A stretch of 64,000 nt of DNA from positions 2,340 through 66,339 of the forward strand of contig CAWBUI010000005.1 of assembly GCA_963791875.1 (NCBI GenBank), in the 5' to 3' direction. Source of the stretch: an uncultured Acidobacteriaceae bacterium. Lineage in GTDB: Bacteria > Acidobacteriota > Terriglobia > Terriglobales > Acidobacteriaceae. Shown piece by piece: positions 62,971 through 64,000 of this stretch. Each line of letters starts with the position of its first letter. Position 1 is the first letter of the stretch. The notes below the pieces were generated by a model. The model searched no databases. It was given only the letters and a program-made list of their open reading frames with translations, and was not told the DNA's origin. The translations under genes and the position numbers were made by a program.

Positions 62971-64000
62971 TCAGCCGGGTTTCGGACCGACAGCACCCGC
63001 GGCGGGACCTGTGTAGACCTCCCCGGAGGAACTGACGCGCTTGGGAGCCTCCGGGTGCATGCGCCGCCAGATGATCCGCAATGTGGCTACGGCTGGAACC
63101 GAAATAAGAGCTCCAACCACGCCTGCAATTTCGCCTCCAGCCAGGACTGCGAAGATCTGCACCAGTGGGTTGATCTCAAGGGATTTGCCCATAATGCGTG
63201 GCGCACTCACATAATCCTGAAGGAGCCGCCACGCCCCAAGAAACACCACCAGCCATCCCGGGTGCGGGTAGCCGGCGAGAACCGGAATTGCGAAGACGGA
63301 TACCGCGGCCAATGCGGGGCCTACTACGGGGACGAACTCCAGAAAGCCGGCGACCGGGCCCAGAACCAGGGCATAAGGGACGCGCAGAGCGCTCAGAACT
63401 GCGGTGTATGCGATGAGGGTCAAACCGGCAAGGATAAGTTGCGCGCGGATATATGAACCGAGCATAACGTTCACATCGGAGACGAGCCCCTTGATCAGAA
63501 CACGATCCTCGCGATCTGAAGATAAAGTTACTGAGGCTGGCCGCGATCTCGTCCGCTTGCTTGAGGAAGAATAGGCTGAGGATGGGGATCAGAATCAACC
63601 ACCAGATATGGGTCGCCGGGCTCTCCAGCTTCTGAGCGAACGCTTTGGCATACCCCCCGATGTCCTCGCGGTGATTCACCAAAATGGACTGTACCTGGTC
63701 GACCCTCCCCGCCGACCAGCTGTGATGCTCACCGAAGGAGCGTAGAAGTTCTCCGGAGGCCGCCCGATCAAGAAGGTTCGGCAAGGTCGTTGCCAGCGCG
63801 CGGGCCTCCTGTGCGACGGAGTTCCCGATCAGGATGCCACCCAGCGTGAGCACCACGCCAAGCAGAAGGTATACGGCAAGAATCGCCTTGCCTCTTCCTC
63901 TAAGCGGGCGCTGCAGTTTGGCGACCAAGGGCTCCAGAAAGTATGCAAAGAGGATTGCAAACAGAAAGAGCGTCAGGGTTCCCCGAGCCGCTCGGAAAAC
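62971..64000 (-). CDS. AI-2E family transporter (5' end outside window; +1 frameshift at ~63525)
   Basis: YFLEPLV, SYIRAQL, LEFVPVVGP, LQDYVSAPRIMG, INPL, GALISVP. Confidence 0.9.

Overview
GC-rich bacterial chromosome segment, most likely from an Acidobacteriaceae member (inferred from the Oar-type TonB receptors and gene style). Layout: (1) 1-8.4 kb, mostly housekeeping (YitJ-type Hcy methyltransferase/MTHFR, lipid A acyltransferase, SYLF protein, LuxR-type regulator, dcd, HU). It also holds a secreted tail-fibre-like protein with a putative autocleaving DYAE domain, a repeat-laden Zn-finger ORF module and a candidate sRNA. (2) 8.6-17.2 kb, an eight-gene caa3 oxidase + Rieske/cytochrome b operon. 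(3) 17.3-25.3 kb, LacI / DUF5107-TPR / sugar porter / GH35 unit with visible operators. (4) 25.4-30.4 kb, response regulator - kinase - porin - cupredoxin operon. (5) 30.7-62 kb, an IS3 remnant followed by a ~30 kb SusD-less polysaccharide utilisation region: 2 TonB receptors, GH27 x2, GH95, GH95-like with a permuted LamG domain, GH29 x2, GH43, GH2, GH28, esterases, LacI with four GTAAACGTTTAC-like operators and a GH127 remnant. (6) A tRNA-Gln-like 3' fragment at 62.2 kb marking a probable island boundary, then an AI-2E transporter. Many genes carry single-base insertions, mostly in short homopolymers, which look like long-read errors. No CRISPR array, rRNA or intact tRNA was seen. All family calls come from motif recognition by eye; no database searches were run.
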